DNA of 64,000 bases from Escherichia coli (GTDB lineage: Bacteria; Pseudomonadota; Gammaproteobacteria; Enterobacterales; Enterobacteriaceae), in assembly GCF_003334785.1 (NCBI RefSeq), contig NZ_QOWV01000009.1. One strand, 5' to 3'. Position 1 is the stretch's first letter, and every line of letters begins with the position of its first letter. Both the position numbers and the translations under genes were made by a program. A model generated the notes under the pieces. That model was not told the origin of the DNA, made no database searches, and was given only the letters and a program-made list of their open reading frames with translations. Below, in pieces: positions 1-10,176 of the stretch.

Positions 1-2689
1 CCAGCCTGCCCGTGGCGCTGTAGCCGTATTCCCGCGTCTGTCGCGGGCCGCTGATGCGCACCAGGTCGCCGTTGTCACTCCACCCGTAGTCACGGTCATA
101 TACCAGGCTGTTCAGGTGCTGGCTCTGTAACTGGCCTGCGGGGGTGTATGTGCTGGTCAGTTCGTATGCGGCATTACTGCCTGCCATGCTGCCGAAGCTG
201 CGCACCGTCTCACGGTGCAGCCTGTCCCGCGTATACTCGACCAGCGGCGTCCCGCCCAGCTTCATTCCCGCCAGGTAACCGCTGCCATACGTCAGCCACT
301 CCACCGGCGGCAGGCTGTCCGGCGTGACGCGGTTTGCCAGCCCCTGCTCGTTGTATGCGTGTTTCGTCTCATGCTGCCACAGCAGTTCCCCCGTCTCCGG
401 GTTCTCCACCGTCTGGCATTCGCCGGTCAGGCGGCCTTTATCGTCATAGCCATAGTGGACGGCAACACGGTGGCCTTCGCTCAGGTGGCTGATGTCTGTC
501 AGCCAGCCGTGGCCATCATACTGCCACTGCTCTGCCGGTTCGCCGTTCACCGTGCGGTGAGTGATACGGTCCGATTCATCGTAGTACCAGAGGATGACAA
601 GTCCCTCATCCTCACTCTGTGTGAGTTTTCCGGTCAGGTCATAATGATAACGTTGCGTCCGCCCGTCAAAGCCGCCCTGCTGTACCAGCCGGTCCAGCGC
701 ATCGTAACTGAAGACGCTGTGGCTGCCGTTCTCGTTGGTCAGGCTGATGACACGTCCGGCAGCATCGTACTCCATACTGCGCGTCAGCCCGCCCTGCGTG
801 GTGCTGACCGCCTTTCCCCACGCATCGTACTGTGTCTCGCTCCGGTTGCCGTCCGGGGTGATAACGGCAGTCAGGTCGCCTGCGGCGTTGTATTCATACC
901 GCGTTTCACGGCCCTGTGCGTCTTTCACCGAGGTTAACCGGCCACGGTTGTCATAGCGGCGGTAAAGGCTGATGCCTTCCTCGCGGTGGACCGCCGTCAT
1001 CTGGCCGAAGCGGTCGTATTCATAACGGGTCTGGTAGCCCGAGCAGTCGGTGAACGCCAGCAACTGCCCGTAGCGGCTCCAGGTCATCTGCCGGGTGCTG
1101 CCCGTCGCATCCGTTGTCGTCGCCGGTAACTCACTGTGCGCGTCATCGTAGCGGTAGCGTACTGTCTCCCCGCTGCGCGATGTCTCCGATACCAGCCTGC
1201 CCGGTTCATCATATTCCCGGCGGCTCTCCAGCCCGTCCGGGGACACCACCGCCGTCAGCTGGTTCCCGTCGTTATAGTAAAATTTCGTCTCCCGCCCGTC
1301 CGGTGTGGTGATGTCCGTGATATCGCCGGACACCACATTCAGACCGTACTCTGTCCTCCGTCCCGCCGCGTCCGTCTGCGCCGTGAGCCTTCCTGCCGCG
1401 TCATACCCGCTGCGCGTGACGCTGCCGTCCGCCAGTTCTTTTTTCACCACCCGTTTCAGCCCGGCCCCGCCTTCTGTATGCAGCACCTCACGCCGGTTCA
1501 GGCTGTCGGTGACGGTGATGCGGTCCTGCTCATAAAGATAGCGGTAGCTTAACCCTGCCGGGTTCAGTTGCTCCACCACCCGCCCCGTATCGTCGTAGCG
1601 GTAGCGCATCTCCGGCCTTCCCGCGTAACGGTGCGCCACCATCCGGCCCGGGTGCTGCGCGTCATACGTGAAAGCGCGCACCTGCGTATTGCTGCGGTCA
1701 TATACCGCCAGCAGTTCACCGGCTTCCGTATACGTGTACCGCACCAGTGGCGCAGCGGGCAGGCTCTCCGGGTATGCCGGGTCGTGCATCAGCCACACCG
1801 CCGAAAGGCGGATACCCCTGTCGGGGCCGTATTCGGTACCGGGCAGTGTGTCGGGGAACGCTGAGGCTGAGAGAGGGCGGGAACTGTCAGAAGAAGATAG
1901 CGAAGAGGTGCGGGCCTCTTCCGCACGCTGCGCCTGCGTGGTCAGCACCAGACGGAACTCCCGCCCGGCACCGTCCGTCACGCCGGTGATTTCCCCGGCC
2001 AGGTCACCGGCGGCCTCACGCCGGTACGTCAGCGTCCGCCCGAAGCGGTCCGCCATCCCGGTAAGCACCCGGTACGGCGGCAGCGGCGCTGGCAGTACGT
2101 CCTCAGCACCCGGCACCCGCTCAGACCACCCCAGTATCCACCACGGCCCCTGTGCGCTGTTGGTCGCCAGGTAAAGATGCGGGCTTAACCGGATATCCGG
2201 CGGCAGCGCCCCCCACAGCCGCGCCAGCGTATGGCCGTCCGGCTGTGCTGCCTTACCACCGCGCACCAGCCACATTGACTCACTGCGGCTGTACACCGCC
2301 TCCCCCGGCAGCAGCGGCTCAAAGTGAATGCTCCGCCCGCCGTTGTCGTTGAGTATCAGTCCGTCATCACGTAGCTGTAAGCGGATATCAGAAGGCGCTT
2401 TCCAGCCGGGGCCGAAAACGCCCACCGGTGCAGGCGTCTTCGTCCGGTAGCTGCTGTAGGTGCGGGAGAGAATGAACGGCAGCGGGCCGGGCAGCGCAAG
2501 GTCCGTCTCGCCGGGCAGCACCTTCGCCCCCAGCAGCGGATTTACCGGGTTGCCCGAAGTCATCCCGCCCGGACACACCGAGCACGCCACGCCGGTGGGC
2601 GCGCCAATTCTTACACCTGCCGAACCCTGGACAATGGGACCGCCATACTGAGTCATATCTCCCTGACGCGCCGCTGGTTTTCCGCTCAT
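1..2689 (-). CDS. rhsD: Rhs-family polymorphic toxin, N-terminal and core portion (5' end in window, 3' end lies beyond window start)
   Basis: Minus-strand translation from ATG at 2689 reads MSGKPAARQGDMTQYGGPIVQGSAGVRIGAPTGVACSVCPGGMTSGNPVNPLLGAKVLPGETDLALPGPLPF..., the conserved Rhs N-terminus. Absence of any minus-strand ORF in the track implies the frame stays open to position 1. Body is visibly GC-rich. Lies next to ybbP as in K-12. YD repeats not checked residue by residue. Confidence 0.85.
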   Translation of the reverse strand, partial: MSGKPAARQGDMTQYGGPIVQGSAGVRIGAPTGVACSVCPGGMTSGNPVNPLLGAKVLPGETDLALPGPLPFILSRTYSSYRTKTPAPVGVFGPGWKAPSDIRLQLRDDGLILNDNGGRSIHFEPLLPGEAVYSRSESMWLVRGGKAAQPDGHTLARLWGALPPDIRLSPHLYLATNSAQGPWWILGWSERVPGAEDVLPAPLPPYRVLTGMADRFGRTLTYRREAAGDLAGEITGVTDGAGREFRLVLTTQAQRAEEARTSSLSSSDSSRPLSASAFPDTLPGTEYGPDRGIRLSAVWLMHDPAYPESLPAAPLVRYTYTEAGELLAVYDRSNTQVRAFTYDAQHPGRMVAHRYAGRPEMRYRYDDTGRVVEQLNPAGLSYRYLYEQDRITVTDSLNRREVLHTEGGAGLKRVVKKELADGSVTRSGYDAAGRLTAQTDAAGRRTEYGLNVVSGDITDITTPDGRETKFYYNDGNQLTAVVSPDGLESRREYDEPGRLVSETSRSGETVRYRYDDAHSELPATTTDATGSTRQMTWSRYGQLLAFTDCSGYQTRYEYDRFGQMTAVHREEGISLYRRYDNRGRLTSVKDAQGRETRYEYNAAGDLTAVITPDGNRSETQYDAWGKAVSTTQGGLTRSMEYDAAGRVISLTNENGSHSVFSYDALDRLVQQGGFDGRTQRYHYDLTGKLTQSEDEGLVILWYYDESDRITHRTVNGEPAEQWQYDGHGWLTDISHLSEGHRVAVHYGYDDKGRLTGECQTVENPETGELLWQHETKHAYNEQGLANRVTPDSLPPVEWLTYGSGYLAGMKLGGTPLVEYTRDRLHRETVRSFGSMAGSNAAYELTSTYTPAGQLQSQHLNSLVYDRDYGWSDNGDLVRISGPRQTREYGYSATGRL

Positions 2690-3069
2690 ATAAAGTGCCC
2701 TTTTAGTTATTGTTCATATCCCTGTGTTAGCAACAAAAAAAAATAAAATGACACACAAGACCAGCTAATGTATTTATATATTTTTCACATAAACTTATTT
2801 GTTCTCAATCAACAACAACTGTTATTACAGGTCACTTTCAATATTTTATTAAACTAACATTTTTAGCACAGATGAATTCATCATCAACAAATTCACTATA
2901 TGGATAATATCCATTCAACGCATATGATTTATGATTTTATTAGTCTGAGTTATTTTTGTAGGGCTATATTTAAAATCAATAAACTCCACCGATTCAGATT
3001 AATATCAGCAATAGAAAGATAGGAAATCACCAATTCAATAACATCATCAATGAAACATATTGTAGAATT

Positions 3070-3104
3070 AATTTAAACAAGGCGTTCCATTCAACCAGAA
3101 CGCC
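3070..3104 (-). terminator. Intrinsic terminator downstream of ybbA-ybbP
   Basis: Minus-strand hairpin GGCGTTC-N10-GAACGCC followed by TTGTTTAAATTAATT. Confidence 0.5.
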
Positions 3105-3119
3105 CCTTATTTACTCTCA

Positions 3120-5534
3120 TCACCCCGCAAACTGCCTGAACAGCGCCTTACCCTTAACCAGTCGCGCACCCAGCCAGCCGCCGAAAAGCGACAGCAGCAG
3201 CGCTCCGCTGCACGGCAGAACAATCCACAATCGCCAGTCTGGCTCCCACGGAAAATCAAACACTTTCGCCTGCAACACTGCCAGCGCCGTTTCCGCACCA
3301 ATTGCGGCCACCAGGCCGGAAACAAACCCAAGCATGGCGAACTCACACCACAACGTGGTACGCAGCAGTTTTTTCCCCGCACCGAGTGTGCGCCACACCA
3401 CCAGCTCCTGATGACGCTGACGCATTCCCACCTGCACCTGTGCCAGCAACAGCAACATACCGCAGGCGGTGACCAGTACCACCATCACTTCCAGCGCCCG
3501 ACTTACCTGCTCCAGCACCTGACCGACCTGTTTTAAAATCGCGCCAATATCTAACAGGCTAATGGTCGGGAACTGGCGGTTGAGTTGTGTCAACATGCCG
3601 TTGCCATTCTCCCAGCGGAAACTGGTAAGCCAGCTCTGCGGTTGCCCGTCTAATGCCCCTTCAGGGAAAATAAAATAGAAATTAGGCCGCAGACTTTCCC
3701 AGTCCACTTTGCGCAGGCTGGTCACTTTAGCGCGGAACTCCTGGGTATCGCCCATAAAAGTCACGGTATCACCGAGGGCAACGTTTAAGCGTTTCGCCAG
3801 CCCCTCTTCCATCGACACTTCATCGGCTTTTGGCGGCCAGTTACCGGCGACAATCGGATTATGATCGGGCCGCGTATTTTGCCAGGTAAGATTGAGTTCG
3901 CGGTTAAGCGCCTCATCTTCATTACCTTCTGTCGGCTTATCGTTAATCGCCGTCAGCCGCGCCCGCACCACCGGATAAAACGATTCCGGGACTATCTGAT
4001 GTTCCGCGAGGAACGCTTTTAGCGGTGCTACCTGTTCTGTGGCGATGTTAATTAAAAAGTAGTTCGGGCTTTCTGGAGGTAGCTGCTGCTGCCAGCGGTC
4101 GAGCAGATCGCCACGCAACACCAGCAGCAGTGCCAGCAGCATAAAGGAGAGCGAAAATGCCGAAAGCTGACTTAACGTTGACCACGGCTGACGTAACAGG
4201 CGGCTAACCGCCAGGCGCAGAGGCAGCGATTTCAGCGTCATGCGGCGAAGTACATTCAGCAGCATCCAGCCCAGCACACCGCACAGCAAAGCCAGTACTA
4301 CCGCGCCCGCCAGCACCGCCCAAAGCAGCATGCTGCCACCCATTAATCCGGCGAGCAGCAGCACAACCACCACACTGACAATCGGCAGATAAAACTTCAG
4401 CGGCCAGACGTTCGCTACCACATCATTACGTAATACGCGTAAAGGCTGCGTTGCCAGCAACAAGCGATATGGTCGTAGCCCCACCAGCAGCGAGATGACC
4501 GTCATGGTGCCAAGCGCCCACAGCCACGGCCAGAGGCTGGCTGGCGGTAGTGCAGCAGGCAGAACGGGCTTGAGCAGCACCATCAACACGTTTTCGAACA
4601 ACAGGCCTATGGCCCCACCGGTAACGGCTGAAAGCGTCAGCACCATCAACCACTGACCGACGATTAGCTTACGCAGTTGCGCTCGCCCTGCCCCCAGCGT
4701 TTTGAGGATCGCCACCAGATCGTAGCGACTGCGACAGTAATGATTCATCGCTACCGCCACCGCTGCCACTGCCAGCAGCAAGGTCAGAAGCGCCGAAAGC
4801 AGCAGGAACTGTTGCGAGCGTTCCATCGATCGCCCCAGCGCGCCTTCGTCCTGTTCCAGACCGTACCAGCGTTGTTCGGGTTTAAGCTGAGGTAACAACC
4901 ATTTCTCATAGCCGTCGAGCTGGTTCTCGTTGCCGCCGAATTTATAACGCCAGGTGACCCGACTCCCCGGCTGCACGGCTCCGGTTTTATCGACATCCGC
5001 CAGATTCATCATCAGACGCGGAGCCATCTGGAAGGGGTTAAAACCGGAATCCGGTTCCTGAATCACTTCTCCGGCAATCCGCAAGGTGGCATCGCCCACG
5101 TCAATGGTGTCGCCCGTTTTCAGGTTAAGCAGTGCCATCAGGCGTGGGGCCAGCAATACGCTGCCCGCCTGCGGTTTCAGGCCAGGGGGATTAGTTTGCA
5201 GATCGCCATACATCGGGTAGATATCATCCACCGCTTTGACGTTCGCCAGCTGCGGTGTGTCGCCTGCAAAGGTCATTGTGGCGAAAGTCAGCTGCTTGCC
5301 GACTTTCAGGCCGCGCTTTTGCGCTTCCTCCAGCCACGCTTGCGGCACTTCGCGTGAACTGCGCAACGCCCGATCGCCCGCCATAAACTCACGGCTTTGC
5401 TGGCTTAAGCCCTTCTCCATGCGATCGCTGATATTGCCCAGCGCCAGCACGCAGGCCACCGCCAGGCTTAGCGCCAGCCAGACAATTAATAGCGACGGCG
5501 AACGCCATTCGCGCCAGAACCAACGTGCAATCAT
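3120..5534 (-). CDS. ybbP: ABC transporter permease, MacB/FtsX-type with large periplasmic domains (804 aa)
   Basis: ORF track 3120..5534; multiple TM segments and duplicated FtsX-like permease architecture; start ATG overlaps ybbA stop (ATGA). Confidence 0.9.
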   Translation of the reverse strand: MIARWFWREWRSPSLLIVWLALSLAVACVLALGNISDRMEKGLSQQSREFMAGDRALRSSREVPQAWLEEAQKRGLKVGKQLTFATMTFAGDTPQLANVKAVDDIYPMYGDLQTNPPGLKPQAGSVLLAPRLMALLNLKTGDTIDVGDATLRIAGEVIQEPDSGFNPFQMAPRLMMNLADVDKTGAVQPGSRVTWRYKFGGNENQLDGYEKWLLPQLKPEQRWYGLEQDEGALGRSMERSQQFLLLSALLTLLLAVAAVAVAMNHYCRSRYDLVAILKTLGAGRAQLRKLIVGQWLMVLTLSAVTGGAIGLLFENVLMVLLKPVLPAALPPASLWPWLWALGTMTVISLLVGLRPYRLLLATQPLRVLRNDVVANVWPLKFYLPIVSVVVVLLLAGLMGGSMLLWAVLAGAVVLALLCGVLGWMLLNVLRRMTLKSLPLRLAVSRLLRQPWSTLSQLSAFSLSFMLLALLLVLRGDLLDRWQQQLPPESPNYFLINIATEQVAPLKAFLAEHQIVPESFYPVVRARLTAINDKPTEGNEDEALNRELNLTWQNTRPDHNPIVAGNWPPKADEVSMEEGLAKRLNVALGDTVTFMGDTQEFRAKVTSLRKVDWESLRPNFYFIFPEGALDGQPQSWLTSFRWENGNGMLTQLNRQFPTISLLDIGAILKQVGQVLEQVSRALEVMVVLVTACGMLLLLAQVQVGMRQRHQELVVWRTLGAGKKLLRTTLWCEFAMLGFVSGLVAAIGAETALAVLQAKVFDFPWEPDWRLWIVLPCSGALLLSLFGGWLGARLVKGKALFRQFAG

Positions 5535-6217
5535 GCTTCCTCCTGCAACTGCCCGTTCACCAGCCGTAAGCAGCGGTCGCAGCGTGCCGCCAGTTGCAGG
5601 TCGTGGGTCACCATAATCAACGTGGTGCCATGTTCACGGTTGAGGGAAAACAGCAGGTCGGCAATTTTATCGCCCGTCTGGCGGTCAAGGTTGCCGGTGG
5701 GTTCGTCGGCAAACAGCACATCAGGTCGACCATTAAAGGCTCGTGCCAGCGCCACTCGTTGCTGTTCACCGCCGGAAAGCTGTGCCGGAAGATGATCCAG
5801 ACGTTTACCCAGCCCTAACTGTTCGAGCAACGCTTTCGCCCCGTTACGACTTTCCGCGCTACTCTCACCGCGCAGCAGAGCCGGAAGCTCGACGTTTTCC
5901 AGCGCGTTAAGGGTAGGAATTAACATAAATGACTGAAAAACAAAGCCGACGTGCTTCGCGCGCAACTTTGCCCGCGCTTCTTCGTCCATATTATGTAGCG
6001 GTTGTCCCACCAGACTCACTTCGCCACTGCTGCCGTCATCAAGCCCGGCGAGGATCGCCAGCAAGGTTGACTTACCCGATCCCGACTCGCCCACCAGTGC
6101 GATGGTCTCGCCACGTTTGACAACCAGCTCAACTCCGGTGAGGATGGAGAGTTCATGCTCCCCCTGACCGACGGACTTCTTAAGATGATGAACTTCAACA
6201 ATGTTTTCCGCTGGCAT
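5531..6217 (-). CDS. ybbA: ABC transporter ATP-binding protein
   Basis: Walker A GESGSGKST, ABC signature LSGGEQQRVALARA, Walker B LFADEPTGNLD; 4-bp overlap with ybbP. Confidence 0.92.
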   Translation of the reverse strand: MPAENIVEVHHLKKSVGQGEHELSILTGVELVVKRGETIALVGESGSGKSTLLAILAGLDDGSSGEVSLVGQPLHNMDEEARAKLRAKHVGFVFQSFMLIPTLNALENVELPALLRGESSAESRNGAKALLEQLGLGKRLDHLPAQLSGGEQQRVALARAFNGRPDVLFADEPTGNLDRQTGDKIADLLFSLNREHGTTLIMVTHDLQLAARCDRCLRLVNGQLQEEA

Positions 6218-6811
6218 TTGCCCTTCCTGTTCCTGGTCCTGTTAACCTTCCGTGCCGCCGCAGCGGACACGTTATTGATTCTGGGTGATAGCCTGAGCGC
6301 CGGGTATCGAATGTCTGCCAGCGCGGCCTGGCCTGCCTTGTTGAATGATAAGTGGCAGAGTAAAACGTCGGTAGTTAATGCCAGCATCAGCGGCGACACC
6401 TCGCAACAAGGACTGGCGCGCCTTCCGGCTCTGCTGAAACAGCATCAGCCGCGTTGGGTGCTGGTTGAACTGGGCGGCAATGACGGTTTGCGTGGTTTTC
6501 AGCCACAGCAAACCGAGCAAACGCTGCGCCAGATTTTGCAGGATGTCAAAGCCGCCAACGCTGAACCATTGTTAATGCAAATACGTCTGCCTGCAAACTA
6601 TGGTCGCCGTTATAATGAAGCCTTTAGCGCCATTTACCCCAAACTCGCCAAAGAGTTTGATGTTCCGCTGCTGCCCTTTTTTATGGAAGAGGTCTACCTC
6701 AAGCCACAATGGATGCAGGATGACGGTATTCATCCCAACCGCGACGCCCAGCCGTTTATTGCCGACTGGATGGCGAAGCAGTTGCAGCCTTTAGTAAATC
6801 ATGACTCATAA
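6185..6811 (+). CDS. tesA: Thioesterase I / lysophospholipase L1, SGNH hydrolase with signal peptide
   Basis: GDSLSAGY motif after signal peptide MMNFNNVFRWHLPFLFLVLLTFRAAAA; start chosen at ATG 6185 rather than track start 6155; 5' end overlaps ybbA start on the opposite strand by 33 bp. Confidence 0.9.
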   Translation: MMNFNNVFRWHLPFLFLVLLTFRAAAADTLLILGDSLSAGYRMSASAAWPALLNDKWQSKTSVVNASISGDTSQQGLARLPALLKQHQPRWVLVELGGNDGLRGFQPQQTEQTLRQILQDVKAANAEPLLMQIRLPANYGRRYNEAFSAIYPKLAKEFDVPLLPFFMEEVYLKPQWMQDDGIHPNRDAQPFIADWMAKQLQPLVNHDS

Positions 6812-7610
6812 AGCAACGGAGATCCTGACAGGTAAAGTTATGCAAAAATCGGTCTTAATTACCGGATGTTCCAGTGGAATTGGCCTGGAAAGCGCGCTCG
6901 AATTAAAACGCCAGGGTTTTCATGTGCTGGCAGGTTGCCGGAAACCGGATGATGTTGAGCGCATGAACAGCATGGGATTTACCGGCGTGTTGATCGATCT
7001 GGATTCACCAGAAAGTGTTGATCGCGCAGCCGACGAGGTGATCGCCCTGACCGATAATTGTCTGTATGGGATCTTTAACAATGCCGGATTCGGCATGTAT
7101 GGCCCCCTTTCCACCATCAGCCGTGCGCAGATGGAACAGCAGTTTTCCGCCAACTTTTTCGGCGCACACCAGCTCACCATGCGCCTGTTACCCGCGATGT
7201 TACCGCACGGTGAAGGGCGTATTGTGATGACATCATCGGTGATGGGATTAATCTCCACGCCGGGTCGTGGCGCTTACGCGGCCAGTAAATATGCGCTGGA
7301 GGCGTGGTCAGACGCACTGCGCATGGAGCTGCGCCACAGCGGAATTAAAGTCAGCCTGATCGAACCCGGTCCCATTCGTACTCGCTTCACCGACAACGTC
7401 AACCAGACGCAAAGTGATAAACCAGTCGAAAATCCCGGCATCGCCGCCCGCTTTACGTTGGGACCGGAAGCGGTGGTGGACAAAGTACGCCATGCTTTTA
7501 TTAGCGAGAAGCCGAAGATGCGCTATCCGGTGACGCTGGTGACCTGGGCGGTAATGGTGCTTAAGCGCCTGCTGCCGGGGCGCGTGATGGACAAAATATT
7601 GCAGGGGTGA
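6801..7610 (+). CDS. ybbO: Short-chain dehydrogenase/reductase (NAD(P)-dependent oxidoreductase)
   Basis: TGCSSGIGLE Rossmann motif and YAASKYALE catalytic YxxxK; overlaps tesA stop by 11 nt. Confidence 0.9.
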   Translation: MTHKATEILTGKVMQKSVLITGCSSGIGLESALELKRQGFHVLAGCRKPDDVERMNSMGFTGVLIDLDSPESVDRAADEVIALTDNCLYGIFNNAGFGMYGPLSTISRAQMEQQFSANFFGAHQLTMRLLPAMLPHGEGRIVMTSSVMGLISTPGRGAYAASKYALEAWSDALRMELRHSGIKVSLIEPGPIRTRFTDNVNQTQSDKPVENPGIAARFTLGPEAVVDKVRHAFISEKPKMRYPVTLVTWAVMVLKRLLPGRVMDKILQG

Positions 7611-7628
7611 GTTGAAGCGCGCGCTTAA

Positions 7629-8525
<897 letters not shown>

Positions 8526-8555
8526 TATTCCGTTGATCGGCACATGAACCACAAC

Positions 8556-8581
8556 GCCGGATGCGATGCTGCGCATCCGGC
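8556..8581. terminator. REP-like hairpin between convergent cnoX and fetB
   Basis: GCCGGATGCG-atgct-CGCATCCGGC perfect 10-bp stem. Confidence 0.5.
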
Positions 8582-8587
8582 ATCGCA

Positions 8588-9367
8588 TCATTTCTTCTTC
8601 AATTGCGTCACCACCAACTGGTGGCGCGAATTATAAAACTTACGATAGGTTAAATAGCAGGCAATAATGGTCGACAAGCTGGCGGTTGAGAGCAGCATAA
8701 AGGTCACCATAATCTGATATTTAATCGCCTTCACCGGATCAATCCCGGCAAATATCAGCCCGGACATCATTCCTGGTAAACTCACTAAGCCAACCGTTTT
8801 TGCTGAATCGACCGTCGGAATTAAAGCCGCGCGAATACTGTCGCGAATCAATATCGCTGAAGCCTGCTTCGGCGTCGCACCAAGACTCAGTTTCTCCTGA
8901 ATCTGTTGCTGTTCGCTAATGACCCGTTGCCCTAAATTGTTGTAACACAACCCCACCGCTACCATGGCGTTACCGGCAATCATCCCGGCGATAGGGATCA
9001 CCTGCATCGGGATAAATTCAATCGACCCTGAGAGAATCAGCACCGCCAGGGTAATTCCCGCCCCGACCGTAATGGCAATAAACGATGAGATAAAAGCTTT
9101 AGCAATATATTTACTGCGTTTTTGCGCGTTCCACGCCGCATTAAAGCAGATAAATAACACCATCAATAATGTCAGGCTGGCATCATCCACGCTGAAAATA
9201 TACTTCAGCACATAGCCGACAATAATCAGCTGAATTATCGCTCGCCCGACGCTCCAGAGAATATCTTTCTCCAGCGCCAGTTTTTCTTTATGGCTAATTA
9301 AGATTGCCACCACCACCAGCATTAATGCCAGTGCTAATGATTCGTTAGTAATATTATGCGAGTTCAT
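8588..9367 (-). CDS. fetB: Iron-export ABC transporter permease
   Basis: Hydrophobic multi-TM protein; start MNSHNITNESL at 9367 (track start 9394 is an upstream extension); overlaps fetA 3' end by 14 nt. Confidence 0.85.
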   Translation of the reverse strand: MNSHNITNESLALALMLVVVAILISHKEKLALEKDILWSVGRAIIQLIIVGYVLKYIFSVDDASLTLLMVLFICFNAAWNAQKRSKYIAKAFISSFIAITVGAGITLAVLILSGSIEFIPMQVIPIAGMIAGNAMVAVGLCYNNLGQRVISEQQQIQEKLSLGATPKQASAILIRDSIRAALIPTVDSAKTVGLVSLPGMMSGLIFAGIDPVKAIKYQIMVTFMLLSTASLSTIIACYLTYRKFYNSRHQLVVTQLKKK

Positions 9368-10031
9368 AGCGTGCTTCCTGCATTTCTCCGGCATGCGGTT
9401 GCAGTGTAATCACTTTATCCGCATGATTAATTTCGTCTTTATCGTGTGTCACCCACAGCACGGCAATATTTTGCTCGCGCACATAACGATGGATCATCTC
9501 ATTGACGTTATGTTTATTACTTTCATCCAGCGCACTGGTTATTTCATCCAGCAATAAAACCTTCGGCATAAATTGCAGGTTACGAATCAATGAGATGCGT
9601 TGTTTTTCACCACCAGATAGCTCGGCGATATTCTTCGTCAAAATGCTGTCCGGCAAGGCGAAGCGTTCGAGAAAATCGAGAAAAATGGCTGGGTCAGGCT
9701 GCCGGTTACGGATCTGCCAGGGAAAGATCAGATTATCGTATACCGTATCGCCAAACAGCGTCGGTGTCTGGGCGCAGTAAGAGACTTGTTGGCGGTAGAT
9801 TTCTGGCTTTAGTGTGCTGACATCCTCACCTTCAAACAGTAACGTTCCGCTGGTTGGGCTGATCAATGAAGCAACTATTTTTAGCAGCGTACTTTTGCCA
9901 CAACCAGAAGGACCGGTAATTAACTTAAATTCGCCAGCACGCAGCGAAAAATTGATGTTATTAAGAATCTTCGCATCACCCGCCAGATATCCTACGTTTT
10001 GTAGCTGAAGCAAAGGACTATTTTCCTGCAT
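9354..10031 (-). CDS. fetA: Iron-export ABC transporter ATP-binding protein
   Basis: Walker A GPSGCGKST, signature LSGGEKQRISL, Walker B LLLDEITSALD. Confidence 0.9.
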   Translation of the reverse strand: MQENSPLLQLQNVGYLAGDAKILNNINFSLRAGEFKLITGPSGCGKSTLLKIVASLISPTSGTLLFEGEDVSTLKPEIYRQQVSYCAQTPTLFGDTVYDNLIFPWQIRNRQPDPAIFLDFLERFALPDSILTKNIAELSGGEKQRISLIRNLQFMPKVLLLDEITSALDESNKHNVNEMIHRYVREQNIAVLWVTHDKDEINHADKVITLQPHAGEMQEARYELA

Positions 10032-10176
10032 CGCTGTTCCCTTTTTCTGATTTTTACTAAAAACAGTTTATCCTTCGCAGGAATAAGGGGGAACTCTCTT
10101 TCAGTAATCAGGTATAATTTGTTTAATCAAGCAGCAATTTTGCTGATTATGGACGGTACAACAGGAGGTTTTTCCG

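Noticed and set aside
215-2352. Series of plus-strand ORFs (240, 138, 168 aa and others) at the start of the window
   Set aside because: All are antisense to the single long minus-strand Rhs reading frame, which the track omits because it has no stop in the window. Their translations are Arg/Pro/Ala-rich, as expected for the reverse frame of GC-rich DNA.
6155-6184. Longer N-terminal starts offered by the ORF track for several genes (tesA 6155, cnoX 7635, fetB 9394, ybaQ 17786, adk 28835, ybaB 31889, apt 34592, acrA 40295, ylaC 46660, atl 49558, tesB 50771, glnK 53490, mdlB 55428, decR 57795, cof 58550, ybaE 58623)
   Set aside because: The track reports the most upstream in-frame ATG/GTG/TTG. 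In each case a downstream start gives the canonical N-terminus (for example MMNFNN for Tes[15 protein letters not shown] for Adk, MKLVTVIIKPF for GlnK). The extensions run into upstream genes or promoters.
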